A stretch of DNA of 45,675 bases. Origin: Candidatus Methylomirabilia bacterium. Lineage in GTDB: Bacteria; Methylomirabilota; Methylomirabilia; Rokubacteriales; CSP1-6. This document shows positions 1 through 8,496 of this stretch, piece by piece. Where the stretch lies: the NCBI GenBank assembly GCA_041492755.1, contig JBGPXN010000017.1, positions 1 through 45,675 on the forward strand, written 5' to 3'. The notes beneath the pieces were generated by a model, which was not told where the DNA came from, did no database searches, and worked only from the letters and a program-made list of their open reading frames with translations. The number at the start of each line of letters is the position of its first letter. Position 1 is the first letter of the stretch. A program made the position numbers and the translations under genes.

Positions 1-346
1 GAAGGCGGCCTGCGCGGCCGCGACGCCGGCGCCCGGCTCGGCCTTGTAGCCGAGATCGCGAAGGGCGAGCTCCAGCGCGCCGAGGGTGGGCAGCACGTAG
101 TGCGGGCTCGCCGTGATACCCATCGTGCCGATGCGCAGCGTCGTCATCCGCATCCGGTCGAGCCCGGTCCCGATGAGGATCCCGTACTGGTCACGCATGC
201 GGGCGACGACGGCGGCCGGCTCCACGTCCTTCGGGGTCTTGATGCAGGTTCATCGCCTGGATCACCGGCCACGGCAGCTCGGTGGGGCCAGGGATCATGA
301 GGATGGGGCGCGTGTGGCACTGGGCCCAGTTCACGGTCGGCGACAT
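1..346 (-). pseudogene. Class V PLP aminotransferase (alanine-glyoxylate/serine-pyruvate type), internally deleted and frameshifted; runs off the left edge
   Basis: ATG at 346 with GAGGTG SD gives MSPTVNWAQCHTRPILMIPGPTELPWPVIQAMN (family N-terminal LMIPGP motif). It joins at ~248, in another frame, to the family C-terminus TCIKTPKDVEPAAVVARMRDQYGILIGTGLDRMRMTTLRIGTMG...LGALELAL. The PLP-lysine core is absent, and the start frame stops at TGA 193-191. Confidence 0.8.
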
Positions 347-408
347 GTCTCACCTCGGCGGAAAAGCTGACCCATTCTAGCGCACGCCGGCGGACGCCGG
401 ACCCCCAC

Positions 409-684
409 TCAAACCCCGGCCGCGATCGGGCGCCGGTAGATGAAGTAGAGGTTGCGCGCGTAGACGAACAGGCCGGCGAACTGACCGATGATGAAGACAG
501 GGTCACGGCGGTAGATCGCGTAGGCCAGCAGCGTCACCCCGCCGCCGATCGAGAAGTACCAGAACGGCGTGGGCACCACGCTCGCCTTCTTGCGCTCGGA
601 GGCGATCCACTGCACGAGGAAGCGGGCGGAGAACAGCGCCTGCCCGAGCAGGCCGACGCCGAGCCACACCTGGTCAACCGTCAT
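409..684 (-). CDS. Lipid-A-disaccharide synthase N-terminal domain (LAB_N)-like small membrane protein
   Basis: GLLGQALFSARFLVQWIASERKKASVVPTPFWYFSIGGG...YAIYRRDPVFIIGQ signature. Confidence 0.9.
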   Translation of the reverse strand: MTVDQVWLGVGLLGQALFSARFLVQWIASERKKASVVPTPFWYFSIGGGVTLLAYAIYRRDPVFIIGQFAGLFVYARNLYFIYRRPIAAGV

Positions 685-730
685 GACGCGGTACCTCGCC
701 GGCGGTGAAGAACTTCGGCCGAGCGAGCGG

Positions 731-1084
731 TCAGCGGGCGCCGGCGAACATCGCGCGCAGCACTTCGTACGCCTTGCGTAGCTCGGCCGGGCGCCGCGCC
801 GCGACCAGCGCGAAGATGCGCTCGGCCTCGGGGGTGGGAACGTGGGAGCTCTTGTTGGACTGAACGTCCGTGAGCTGGCGCAGCGGCACCTCCAGCGCGG
901 TGGCGACGCGATAGAGACTGTCCACCGAGATGGACTTCTCGCCGCGCTCCACTTCGCCGATGAACTTTCCGCTGAGGCCGGACCGCTCCCCGAGCCGCTC
1001 CTGACTGAGGGCGTGCTCTTTTCGCAGAGCCCGGAGGCGCTGTCCCAGAAACTTCCTCACGTGCTTGACCGCTCGTTCTGACAC
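731..1084 (-). CDS. XRE-family helix-turn-helix transcriptional regulator
   Basis: LGQRLRALRKEHALSQERLGERSGLSGKFIGEVERGEKSISVDSLYRVATALEV. GTG at 1084 chosen because AAGGA SD lies 7 nt upstream and a sigma54 promoter lies just beyond it. Confidence 0.88.
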   Translation of the reverse strand: MSERAVKHVRKFLGQRLRALRKEHALSQERLGERSGLSGKFIGEVERGEKSISVDSLYRVATALEVPLRQLTDVQSNKSSHVPTPEAERIFALVAARRPAELRKAYEVLRAMFAGAR

Positions 1085-1109
1085 GACAATATCCTTGTGG
1101 TATTTCGAG

Positions 1110-1124
1110 GCAAACACCATGCCA
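1110..1124 (-). promoter_or_regulatory. Putative sigma54 (-24/-12) promoter of the XRE regulator
   Basis: Minus strand TGGCATGGTGTTTGC has GG-N10-GC spacing and is close to the TGGCAC-N5-TTGC consensus; correctly placed upstream of the SD and start. Confidence 0.65.
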
Positions 1125-1246
1125 CCGAAAGTGCGGTTCGGTGGCAGTAAGCGAATGACGCTGAGCGTAACATTCCCGAGCCGGCTCGCAACCCGCCTTA
1201 GGTGGTAATTGGGTGGAGGCAACGGCCCGTGGAGAAACCGGGAACG

Positions 1247-1579
1247 TCACCCGGACAGCGGCTCGGTGCTCCCGGACATGAGAGCCAGCACGAGGGCGCC
1301 CTGGGGCGTGGTCACGGTGTGCACGCATCCGGGCGGCCGCCGCGCGTAGTTGCCGGCGCCGCAGGTGCCGGTGTCGTCGGTCACGCTGCCCTCGAGGACG
1401 AAGATCTGCTCGTCGCCGAGATGCCGGTGGCGCGGGACCGTGGCCCCCGGGTCGTAGCGCACCAGGACCGCGCGCCGGTCCCCGTTTTCCCATAGGATCT
1501 TCCAGTGCACCCCCGGCCGGCGTGTCTGCCAGTCGACGCCGGCCGGGTCGACGTAGAGGCTCGTCGGGGCCGTCGTCAC
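1247..1579 (-). CDS. Cupin domain protein (ChrR-like cupin)
   Basis: VPRHRHLGDEQIFVLEGSVTD...GNYARRPPGCVHTV cupin motifs; GTG overlaps the Rieske stop. Confidence 0.88.
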   Translation of the reverse strand: MTTAPTSLYVDPAGVDWQTRRPGVHWKILWENGDRRAVLVRYDPGATVPRHRHLGDEQIFVLEGSVTDDTGTCGAGNYARRPPGCVHTVTTPQGALVLALMSGSTEPLSG

Positions 1580-1884
1580 GGCACGTCCGCCTGCACCGCG
1601 TCGCCGACGAGCCGCACCGGATAGACGGTGATGGTGAGATCCTCGGCGACTCGGCACCGGCCAGTGGCCAACTCGAAGTCGAAGCCGTGCCAGGGGCAGA
1701 CGACGGCGTCGCCTTCGATCCATCCCTCGGCGAGGGGGCCATCCTCGTGCGGGCAGAGCGCGCTCGTCACGTGGAAGTGGCCGCCTCCCGCGTTGAACAC
1801 CGCGACGATGAGACCGTTGACCTCGACCAGCGTGCCCTGTCCAAGGGGAACGTCGTCCGTGCGCGCCACCGTCACGAAGGCCAT
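1576..1884 (-). CDS. Rieske [2Fe-2S] ferredoxin (NirD/dioxygenase ferredoxin-like)
   Basis: CPHEDGPL...CPWHG Rieske ligand motifs. Confidence 0.92.
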   Translation of the reverse strand: MAFVTVARTDDVPLGQGTLVEVNGLIVAVFNAGGGHFHVTSALCPHEDGPLAEGWIEGDAVVCPWHGFDFELATGRCRVAEDLTITVYPVRLVGDAVQADVP

Positions 1885-2471
1885 CAGCGTTGCGCCAGCG
1901 CTTCGTCGATGGCCGCGCGGAAGTTTTCCACCGGATGCGCGCCCACCAGGGGCCGGCCGTTGATCAGGAACGTCGGAGTGCTCCGCACCCCGAGGGCGCG
2001 CGCCTGCGCCACGTCCTCGCTCACCGCGGCCGCGTGGATGCCGGCGTCCAGGCAGCGCGCGAAAACCTCCCGGTCGACGCCGATCTCGGCGGCATAGCGT
2101 ACGAGGTCGGCGCGCTCGAAGGCCGGCTGGGCCGCGAACAGGCGGTCGTGGTACTCCCAGTACTTGCCGGCGGCGCCGGCGCAGCGGGCCGCCTCGTGGG
2201 CGCCCCGGGCCAGCGAATGCATGGGCAGCGGCAGGTCCTTGAACACCAGACGCACCTTTGCTTCGTATTCCTTCAGCGTTTGCGCCAGCGCCCGCTGGAC
2301 GTTACGGCAGTGCGGTCACTGGTAGTCGGAGAACTCGACGATGGTCACCGGCGCCGTGGCCGGCCCCATCGTCATGAAGGGCTGGACGGTGACGTTGACC
2401 TGGGCCGGGACCGCGGTGGCGCCGAGCAGGAGCCCGGCCCCCATGACGACCAGGGCGCCGCGGCGGTCCAT
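1884..2471 (-). CDS. DsbA-family thioredoxin-fold oxidoreductase, probable selenoprotein (UxxC, Sec at codon 52), 195 aa, with N-terminal signal peptide
   Basis: One continuous frame: MDRRGALVV...VTIVEFSDYQ-[TGA 2318-2316]-PHCRNVQRAL...RLVFKDLPL...GVRSTPTFLING. The TGA occupies the first Cys of the DsbA CPxC motif and is followed by a hairpin. Confidence 0.85.
2283..2301 (-). promoter_or_regulatory. Putative bacterial SECIS element of the DsbA-like gene
   Basis: Minus strand CG(U)CCAGC-GGGC-GCUGGCG at +15..+33 after the UGA: 7 bp with a bulged U, loop starts with G at +23. Confidence 0.6.
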
Positions 2472-3241
2472 CACGCCGCGCGGCCTTCCTCGGTGAGCGA
2501 CGTGATCACGTACGTGCCGCTCTTCTCGTCTCGTTGCAGGGTGACGATCTTCTGCTTGGCGGCTTCCTCGAGTAGCTTCGAGAAGGTCGAGAAGCCGTAG
2601 TAGGACTCGTTGAACGCGGGGTTCTTGCGGATCATGGTCTGCTTGACCATCGAACCCCACAGCGTCTCCTTGTTTTCGCGCTGCAAGGCCTGGATGGCGT
2701 CGATGAGCTGAGCCATCGCTTCCGCCTTCTTCTCGGGCAGCCCCCGCAACAGGTTCGTCTTCTTGGTGTCGCGGATGAGGTCCTCGTAGAAGATGAACTC
2801 GTCGCAATTGGCGACGAGCAAGTCCGAGGAGGAGGACTTCACGCCGAGGCCGATGACGTACCGGTCGTTTTCCCGCAGCTTGGACACGAGCGGCGAGAAG
2901 TCGGAATCGCCCGACACCAGCGCGAAGCTGTCGATGTGGGTCTTGCCATAGGCGAGGTCGAGCGCGTCCACCACCATCCGGATGTCGGCGGAGTTCTTCC
3001 CGCTGTACCGGCTCTGCGGGACGTCGATGAGCTCGATCGCCCACTCGTGAAACGGCCGCTTGTACTCGGTGAAGCGGTTCCAGTCGGCATAGGCGCGGCG
3101 CACGATGATCTTGCCCTTCTCGAGGAGGCGTTCGAGCACGAGCTTGATCTCGAACTGCTTGTACTGCGCTTCCTTGACGCCGCGGGCGATGTTCTCGAAA
3201 TCGATGAACAACGCCAGCTTCCGTTCTCCGTTCATTTCCAA
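2471..3241 (-). CDS. NYN/LabA/DUF88 PIN-like domain protein with C-terminal OST-HTH/LOTUS-like domain
   Basis: LALFIDFENI, RRAYADW, GKNSADIRMVVDALD, LVSGDSDFSPLV, C-terminal FNESYYGFSTFSKLLE; start could be 3235. Confidence 0.92.
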   Translation of the reverse strand: MEMNGERKLALFIDFENIARGVKEAQYKQFEIKLVLERLLEKGKIIVRRAYADWNRFTEYKRPFHEWAIELIDVPQSRYSGKNSADIRMVVDALDLAYGKTHIDSFALVSGDSDFSPLVSKLRENDRYVIGLGVKSSSSDLLVANCDEFIFYEDLIRDTKKTNLLRGLPEKKAEAMAQLIDAIQALQRENKETLWGSMVKQTMIRKNPAFNESYYGFSTFSKLLEEAAKQKIVTLQRDEKSGTYVITSLTEEGRAA

Positions 3242-3459
3242 TGTCCTTTCGAGGTCAACCGGTCATACGGTCCTGCCGGGCGGCAATCGCTGGTGGGTCT
3301 GCATCGCTACCGACTTATTATAAATCCTTCGCCGCATGGCATCGTCGCTTTCCGGGACGGCGGCGGCGGGCCGCGCGAGGACGGATGCGCGCCGACGCCG
3401 GTGTATCATGAGCCGGTTCGACGGCGCCTCTGCGGTCCGAGATCTGGAGGTCACGACGC

Positions 3460-4101
3460 ATGAAGCGGGTCCAGCCCGAAGTCGCCGACCGAGTCCCACC
3501 CGGGCAGTCGTTGACGACGAAGTGGCCGGTGCTCACGTACGGCCTGACGCCGCGGTTCGATCCGGCACGCTGGTCCTTCCGGTGCTTCGGGCTCGTCGAG
3601 CGCGAGGTCGCGTGGACGTGGGCGGAGCTTCTGGCGCTGCCGCGGGTCACCCTCACCTCCGACGTCCACTGCGTCACGCGCTGGTCCAAGCTCGACAACC
3701 GCTGGGAAGGCGTGCACATCCGCGAGATCATGAGGCGCGTTCAGGTCCGGCCGGAGGCGCGCTTCGTCCTCATCCACGCTGACCCGGACTACACCACCAA
3801 TCTTCCGCTTGGGGACCTCGTCGACGACGACGTGCTGCTCGCGCTCAGGCACGACGGCAAGGATCTCGAGCCCGACCACGGCGGTCCGCTCCGCCTGGTG
3901 GTTCCCAAGCTCTACTTCTGGAAGAGCGCGAAGTGGCTGCGCGGCTTCGAGTTCCTGGACGTCAATCCGCCCGGCTTCTGGGAGCAGAACGGCTATCACA
4001 TGCACGCCGATCCATGGCAGGAGGAGCGCTACTCCGATCAGGAGACGCGGGCCATGCAGCAGATGCGGGCGGAGGCGGCGAGGAAACTCCGCGAGCGTTG
4101 A
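3460..4101 (+). CDS. Sulfite oxidase-like molybdopterin oxidoreductase (YuiH-like)
   Basis: RVPPGQ, DVHCVTRWSK (Mo-ligating Cys), HGGPLRLVVPKLYFWKSAKW, GFWEQNGYH; GGAGG SD. Confidence 0.92.
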   Translation: MKRVQPEVADRVPPGQSLTTKWPVLTYGLTPRFDPARWSFRCFGLVEREVAWTWAELLALPRVTLTSDVHCVTRWSKLDNRWEGVHIREIMRRVQVRPEARFVLIHADPDYTTNLPLGDLVDDDVLLALRHDGKDLEPDHGGPLRLVVPKLYFWKSAKWLRGFEFLDVNPPGFWEQNGYHMHADPWQEERYSDQETRAMQQMRAEAARKLRER

Positions 4102-4238
4102 GCATCGGGGGAGCGCCAGCAGCGCTAGTGCGTCCGTTGCCCCGCGGCGGGAAACGGGTCCTTCGACCCCTGTCGCACCCGCCCATCGGCCCCGCGTCGC
4201 GTGTTGCGGGTTCTTAACATGATTTCCCGACCGGAACA

Positions 4239-4634
4239 CTAGCGAAGGAACCGCAGGCGTGTGCGCACGATCCACGCGTGGACGATGCCGGCGCCGAGGA
4301 GCACGGCGACACCGACGGCGATCCAGCGGACTTCGCCGCGCGGCTCGGTGTCACGATAGTGCAACAGCCCCACCACGACGAGCGCGCATCCGATCACGGT
4401 GGCGGCCGTCCGCGCGGCCTCGACGAATCGCAGCCAGGCCGGGCTGCCCCCACCGAGGACGAGTGCCGCGAGCAACACGGTGACCGCGGCGATGAGACTG
4501 GACGCGGCGCCGAGCGTGATGAGCCATGCCAGCGTCAGCTCGGTCGCGTCGCGGATGGGGCCCAGGTAGAGCAGATGCGCGATCACCCACGCCATCACGA
4601 GGGCGGTGGCGCCGTACCCGACCAGCCGAGTCAT
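4239..4634 (-). CDS. Hypothetical integral membrane protein (~4 TM)
   Basis: Four hydrophobic stretches; ATG overlaps the hydrolase stop (ATGA). Confidence 0.7.
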   Translation of the reverse strand: MTRLVGYGATALVMAWVIAHLLYLGPIRDATELTLAWLITLGAASSLIAAVTVLLAALVLGGGSPAWLRFVEAARTAATVIGCALVVVGLLHYRDTEPRGEVRWIAVGVAVLLGAGIVHAWIVRTRLRFLR

Positions 4635-5494
4635 CGCGAGACGCCACCCGCCACCCGAGCCACCTCCGACACGAACTCGCGGAGCAGGGCGCGAAACGCC
4701 GCGGGTTGATCCGCGGGGACGGTGTGGCCCGCGTCCGGAACTTCCACCAGCCGCGCCCAAGGTGAGGTCTCCGTCATGCGCCGGGCGTCCTCGGGGGAGA
4801 GGACATCCGAATCGGCACCGCGTACGAGCAGCGTCGGGCAGGTGATCGCGCGCCACAGCGGCCACAGCTCGGTGGGATCGTGCCAGCGCCCGCTGCGCAT
4901 GGCGTCGCGGATGGCGCGGTCGTACGTCCACGCCACGCCGCCGTCGGGCCCGGGACGCACCGCGTGCGAAACGCGGGCGCGCAGCAGCGCTTCGTCCTGC
5001 CGCGGGTTGGCGGCGCGCGCGTAGCGGTAGGCGGCCTCGACCGATTCGAAGCGCTCGGGTGACGCCGCCATCAGCGCGCCCACCCGGCGGCGGCCCGCCT
5101 CCGCGATGTCGGGTCCGATGTCGATCACCATCAAGCGGGTCACCCGGGCGGGATGGTTAGCGGCGTAGGCGATTCCGACGCGGCCGCCCAGCGAGAGGCC
5201 CACGAGCGCGATCGACGGAAGGGCGAGCGCGTCGACGAATGCGGCGAGGTCGTCCGCCATGGTGGCGACGGTGTAATCGCCGTCGGTGGCGGGGGCGGAA
5301 TCACCGTGACCGCGCAGGTCCGGCGCGAGCACGTGGTGACGGTCGGCCAGCAATCGCGCCTCCTCGTCCCAGGTGCGCCCGTGGCCGGTAATGCCGTGGA
5401 GGAAGACGACCGCGGGACGGCCCGGCTCGCCCGTCTCCGTGTAGTGGAAGCGTTGGCCGTGCAGATCGATCCACCGATCGACGATGAGTGTCAT
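4631..5494 (-). CDS. Alpha/beta fold hydrolase
   Basis: VFLHGITG, DLRGHGDS, GLSLGG nucleophile elbow, C-terminal AGHTVP His. Confidence 0.92.
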   Translation of the reverse strand: MTLIVDRWIDLHGQRFHYTETGEPGRPAVVFLHGITGHGRTWDEEARLLADRHHVLAPDLRGHGDSAPATDGDYTVATMADDLAAFVDALALPSIALVGLSLGGRVGIAYAANHPARVTRLMVIDIGPDIAEAGRRRVGALMAASPERFESVEAAYRYARAANPRQDEALLRARVSHAVRPGPDGGVAWTYDRAIRDAMRSGRWHDPTELWPLWRAITCPTLLVRGADSDVLSPEDARRMTETSPWARLVEVPDAGHTVPADQPAAFRALLREFVSEVARVAGGVSR

Positions 5495-5537
5495 CGGCGT
5501 GGCGATTTTACCACCGCAAACTGCTACGATCCGCCGG

Positions 5538-6437
5538 ATGACGTCCCACTCGCCCGCGCACGGCGCGCAGGCCTCGCGCGGCGCCCTGGTGAGAGCCCTC
5601 GTGCTCACGGGCTGCTTCATGGTCGTGGAAGCGATGGGCGCGGTGTGGGCGGACAGCCTCGCGCTGGCCGCGGACGCCGCCCACATGCTGACCGACGTCG
5701 GCGGGCTCGGGCTCGCGCTCTTCGCCGTGTGGATCGCCTCCCGCCCGCCGACGCCGGCCAAGACGTACGGGTACTATCGCGTCGAGATCCTGGCCGCCCT
5801 CGTCAACTCCGTCGTGCTGCTCGTGCTGGCGGGTGGAATTCTGCTCGGCGCCTACCACCGCCTGCGCGCCCCCCGCGAGGTCCAGGGGGGCCTCATGCTC
5901 GGCGTCGCGGCCCTCGGGCTCGGTGTGAACCTCGTGGCCGCCTGGCTGCTGCGCCCCGCCGCGAGCAGCAGCCTCAACGTTCGCGCCGCCTATCTCGAGG
6001 TGCTCAGCGACGCCGTCAGCTCGCTCGGCGTGCTCGCCGCCGGCCTGGTGGTGGTCACCACCGGCTGGTACCTCGTCGACCCGCTCATGAGCGCGGGCAT
6101 CGCGATCTTCATCGTGCCGCGGACGTGGCGCCTGCTCACCCAGGCCGTGAACGTGTTGCTGGAAGGCACGCCGGCGCATCTGTCGCTGGAGGAAGTCGAG
6201 GCGGCCATCGTGCAGGTGCCGGGCGTCCGGCGCGTCCACGATCTCCACGTGTGGGCCTTGACCTCCGGCCACGAGGCGATGAGCGCGCACGTGGTGGTGA
6301 CGGACCTGCGTGACAGCGAGCGGCTGTTGCAGGCGCTGCACGCGGTGGTCCACACGCGCTTCGGCATCGATCACACGACCATCCAGCTCGATCTGGAGCC
6401 CGCGGGGCCGCTCCGCATCAAGCCGCCGGCGGGGTGA
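5538..6437 (+). CDS. Cation diffusion facilitator (CzcD/ZitB-type Zn/Co/Cd efflux)
   Basis: SLALAADAAHMLTD, TYGYYRVEILAALVN, VHDLHVW, DHTTIQ. Confidence 0.93.
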   Translation: MTSHSPAHGAQASRGALVRALVLTGCFMVVEAMGAVWADSLALAADAAHMLTDVGGLGLALFAVWIASRPPTPAKTYGYYRVEILAALVNSVVLLVLAGGILLGAYHRLRAPREVQGGLMLGVAALGLGVNLVAAWLLRPAASSSLNVRAAYLEVLSDAVSSLGVLAAGLVVVTTGWYLVDPLMSAGIAIFIVPRTWRLLTQAVNVLLEGTPAHLSLEEVEAAIVQVPGVRRVHDLHVWALTSGHEAMSAHVVVTDLRDSERLLQALHAVVHTRFGIDHTTIQLDLEPAGPLRIKPPAG

Positions 6438-6505
6438 CGACCGCTGCGGATCACCCCACCCGTTCCGGGGGCGGTATAGTGTCGGCCCATGCGAGGAGGC
6501 GACCG

Positions 6506-6907
6506 ATGACCACGACCTACGCGTTGAAGGACAAGGCGTACGGCGAGCCGATCACCACCCGCGGCTTCGTCTTCATGGACACGCCCGGCCACGATCCCGT
6601 CTCCATCACCGGCCTCGTCGCCGGCGGCTGCAACATGATCTGCTTCACCACCGGCCGCGGCTCGGTCTTCGGCTGCAAGCCGGTGCCGTCGATCAAGCTC
6701 GCCACCAACTCCCTCATGTACCGGCACATGGAAGAGGACATGGACGTCAATTGCGGCGTGATCCTCGAGGGCACGCCGCTGCCGACGGTGGGCCACCAGA
6801 TCTTTGAGGAGATCATCGCCGTCGCCTCCGGCAAGCGGAGCAAGAGCGAGCTGTCGGAAGTGGGGGAGGAAGAATTCGCGCCCTGGATCATCGGACCGGT
6901 GATGTAG
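6506..6907 (+). pseudogene. UxaA/GarD (altronate/galactarate dehydratase) remnant: short N-terminus fused in frame to the C-terminal ~120 aa
   Basis: Strong GAGGAGG SD, then MTTTYALKDKA directly followed by YGEPITTRGFVFMDTPGHDPVSITGLVAGGCNMICFTTGRGSVFGCKPVPSIKLATN...DMDVNCG...SKSE...GEEEFAPW. 133 aa versus about 500 aa for the family. Confidence 0.75.
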
Positions 6908-6928
6908 AGACTACGGCTGTCCCCTCAT

Positions 6929-8155
6929 CTACCCGTCCAGTCCCTCCCACCGCAAGACGTAGAGCCCGTGGTTCTTGTCCGTGAGGTAGACGAAGCCGCG
7001 CCGGTCCACCAGCACGTCCTCCGACTGCGCGACGAGCTTGCGGGGCAGCACGCCGAGGCGGACCAGCGGATCGGGCGGCACGAACGAGCCGACCTCGCGC
7101 GGCAGCCGCGGGTCCGCGATGTCGATCACGCGCAGTCCCGCGTTGAAGTACGTGAGGAACACGACGTCGTCGCGATCGAACAGCACCGTCTGATGCTGCG
7201 GCTGGTGCTGATTGTGGGGACCGAAGCGGCCGCCGCGCTCGCAGAAGTTCTTCCACGGCGCATCGGCGGGCGGCGCGGGGAGCGGGAACAGGGAGACGAG
7301 CCGCGGCGCCGCCTCGTCGCTGACGTCGACGAGACCGGCGAAGCCGAGCGGCTCGCGACAGTCCTCGGCGATCGCCTCGGAGTTGACGGCGACGAGCTTG
7401 CGATCCGGCAGCGGCACCGCGGTGTGGACGGCGATGCGTGACTGGAACGGCGGCGAGAACGAGAGCTGGCTCACCAGCCGCGGCGCGGTGACGTCGGCGA
7501 CGTCGAGGATGACGAGGCCGGCCGCGCCGTAGGGCAGGTACGCGCGATCGCCGACAGTGTACGGGCCGCCGTGTAGTCCCGTGTCCGGCGGCGCGCCGGT
7601 CTCGCCGCCCTCGCGCCACTGGCCGGGCACCCACCAGCGGCCGACTTCGCGCGGCCGCGACGGATCGACGATGTCGACGATCTGGTAGACGTTGCCGGTG
7701 TAGCCGGGCAGACCGGAGGCGAGATGCACGTAGCGTCCACCGTCGTAGTAATTGCGATGCGTGCCCGAGCCGCCGGTCGCCCAGTGGCCGAGCCGCACCG
7801 GCTTCTCGGGATCGCGCACGTCCCACACGAGCATCCCCGTCTCGAAGGGCGCGCGCGGATCGTCGCCCCAGCCGGTGCCGATCCGCTCGAGCGCGGTCAC
7901 CATGCGGCCCTCGGCCACCTGGACCTGGATCGTCCACGTGTTTGCCGGCCCGTCGATGAATCGTAGCAGGCGCGGCGATGCCGGGTCGGTGACGTCCATG
8001 ACGGACCAGCCGCGATGCCAGAGATGTCCGAGATAGAGATAGAAGCGGCTGCCGACCTCCTGCATCGCGAGCTTGAAGCCGGGACGGCCATCCAGATCGC
8101 TGTACCCGACGACACGGACGCGATCGCTCCAGGAAGGGCCGGGCGGCACGGGCAT
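6929..8155 (-). CDS. LVIVD-repeat beta-propeller protein
   Basis: Repeated (L/V)xx(D/V)VxDPxxP-R/V motifs; GRFGPHNQ, TYFNAGLRVIDIADP. Confidence 0.85.
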   Translation of the reverse strand: MPVPPGPSWSDRVRVVGYSDLDGRPGFKLAMQEVGSRFYLYLGHLWHRGWSVMDVTDPASPRLLRFIDGPANTWTIQVQVAEGRMVTALERIGTGWGDDPRAPFETGMLVWDVRDPEKPVRLGHWATGGSGTHRNYYDGGRYVHLASGLPGYTGNVYQIVDIVDPSRPREVGRWWVPGQWREGGETGAPPDTGLHGGPYTVGDRAYLPYGAAGLVILDVADVTAPRLVSQLSFSPPFQSRIAVHTAVPLPDRKLVAVNSEAIAEDCREPLGFAGLVDVSDEAAPRLVSLFPLPAPPADAPWKNFCERGGRFGPHNQHQPQHQTVLFDRDDVVFLTYFNAGLRVIDIADPRLPREVGSFVPPDPLVRLGVLPRKLVAQSEDVLVDRRGFVYLTDKNHGLYVLRWEGLDG

Positions 8156-8189
8156 GGGCGGCTCCTAAACGGTCAGGCGTGAGAGCTGC

Positions 8190-8480
8190 TCAGGACTGGA
8201 CGACGGTCACGACGAGGCCGATCGACGCGAGGATGTTGCCGACGCGCACGCACTCGACCTCGGCGGCCACTTTCACCACGGCCTTGCCGGTGTTGTGGAC
8301 TTGCCAGGCGAGTTCCCAACCCTTGGCTTCGGAGCAGGCGATGGCCTTCTGGAGCTGGCGGACCACCTCTTCGAACGTGTGACACTCGCAGTTGTGCAGG
8401 ATGGTCATCCAGGGCGGCGCGACTGCTGTCGCGGTGACTTCCTCCGTCTCGGCGTATGGCCGCGCCTGCTCCGTGGTCAT
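8190..8480 (-). CDS. clpS: ATP-dependent Clp protease adaptor ClpS-like protein (atypical NCECH motif)
   Basis: PPWMTILHNCECHTFEEVVRQL...LAWQVHNTGKAVV matches the ClpS pattern PPxYxVxLxNDDxxxxxxV...VHxxGKAxx. Confidence 0.75.
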   Translation of the reverse strand: MTTEQARPYAETEEVTATAVAPPWMTILHNCECHTFEEVVRQLQKAIACSEAKGWELAWQVHNTGKAVVKVAAEVECVRVGNILASIGLVVTVVQS

Positions 8481-8496
8481 GTCCCCGGCGGCTCCA

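Noticed and set aside
1884..2255. Stand-alone 123-aa DsbA C-terminal ORF (likewise the 75-aa ORF 41024-41251)
   Set aside because: Both lack the active site and are in frame with upstream halves across a single TGA; better explained as parts of selenoproteins
4102..4238. Short hairpins (GGGTC-CTTC-GACCC) between convergent genes as a terminator or ncRNA
   Set aside because: Stem only 5 bp with no U-tract; expected by chance at this GC content
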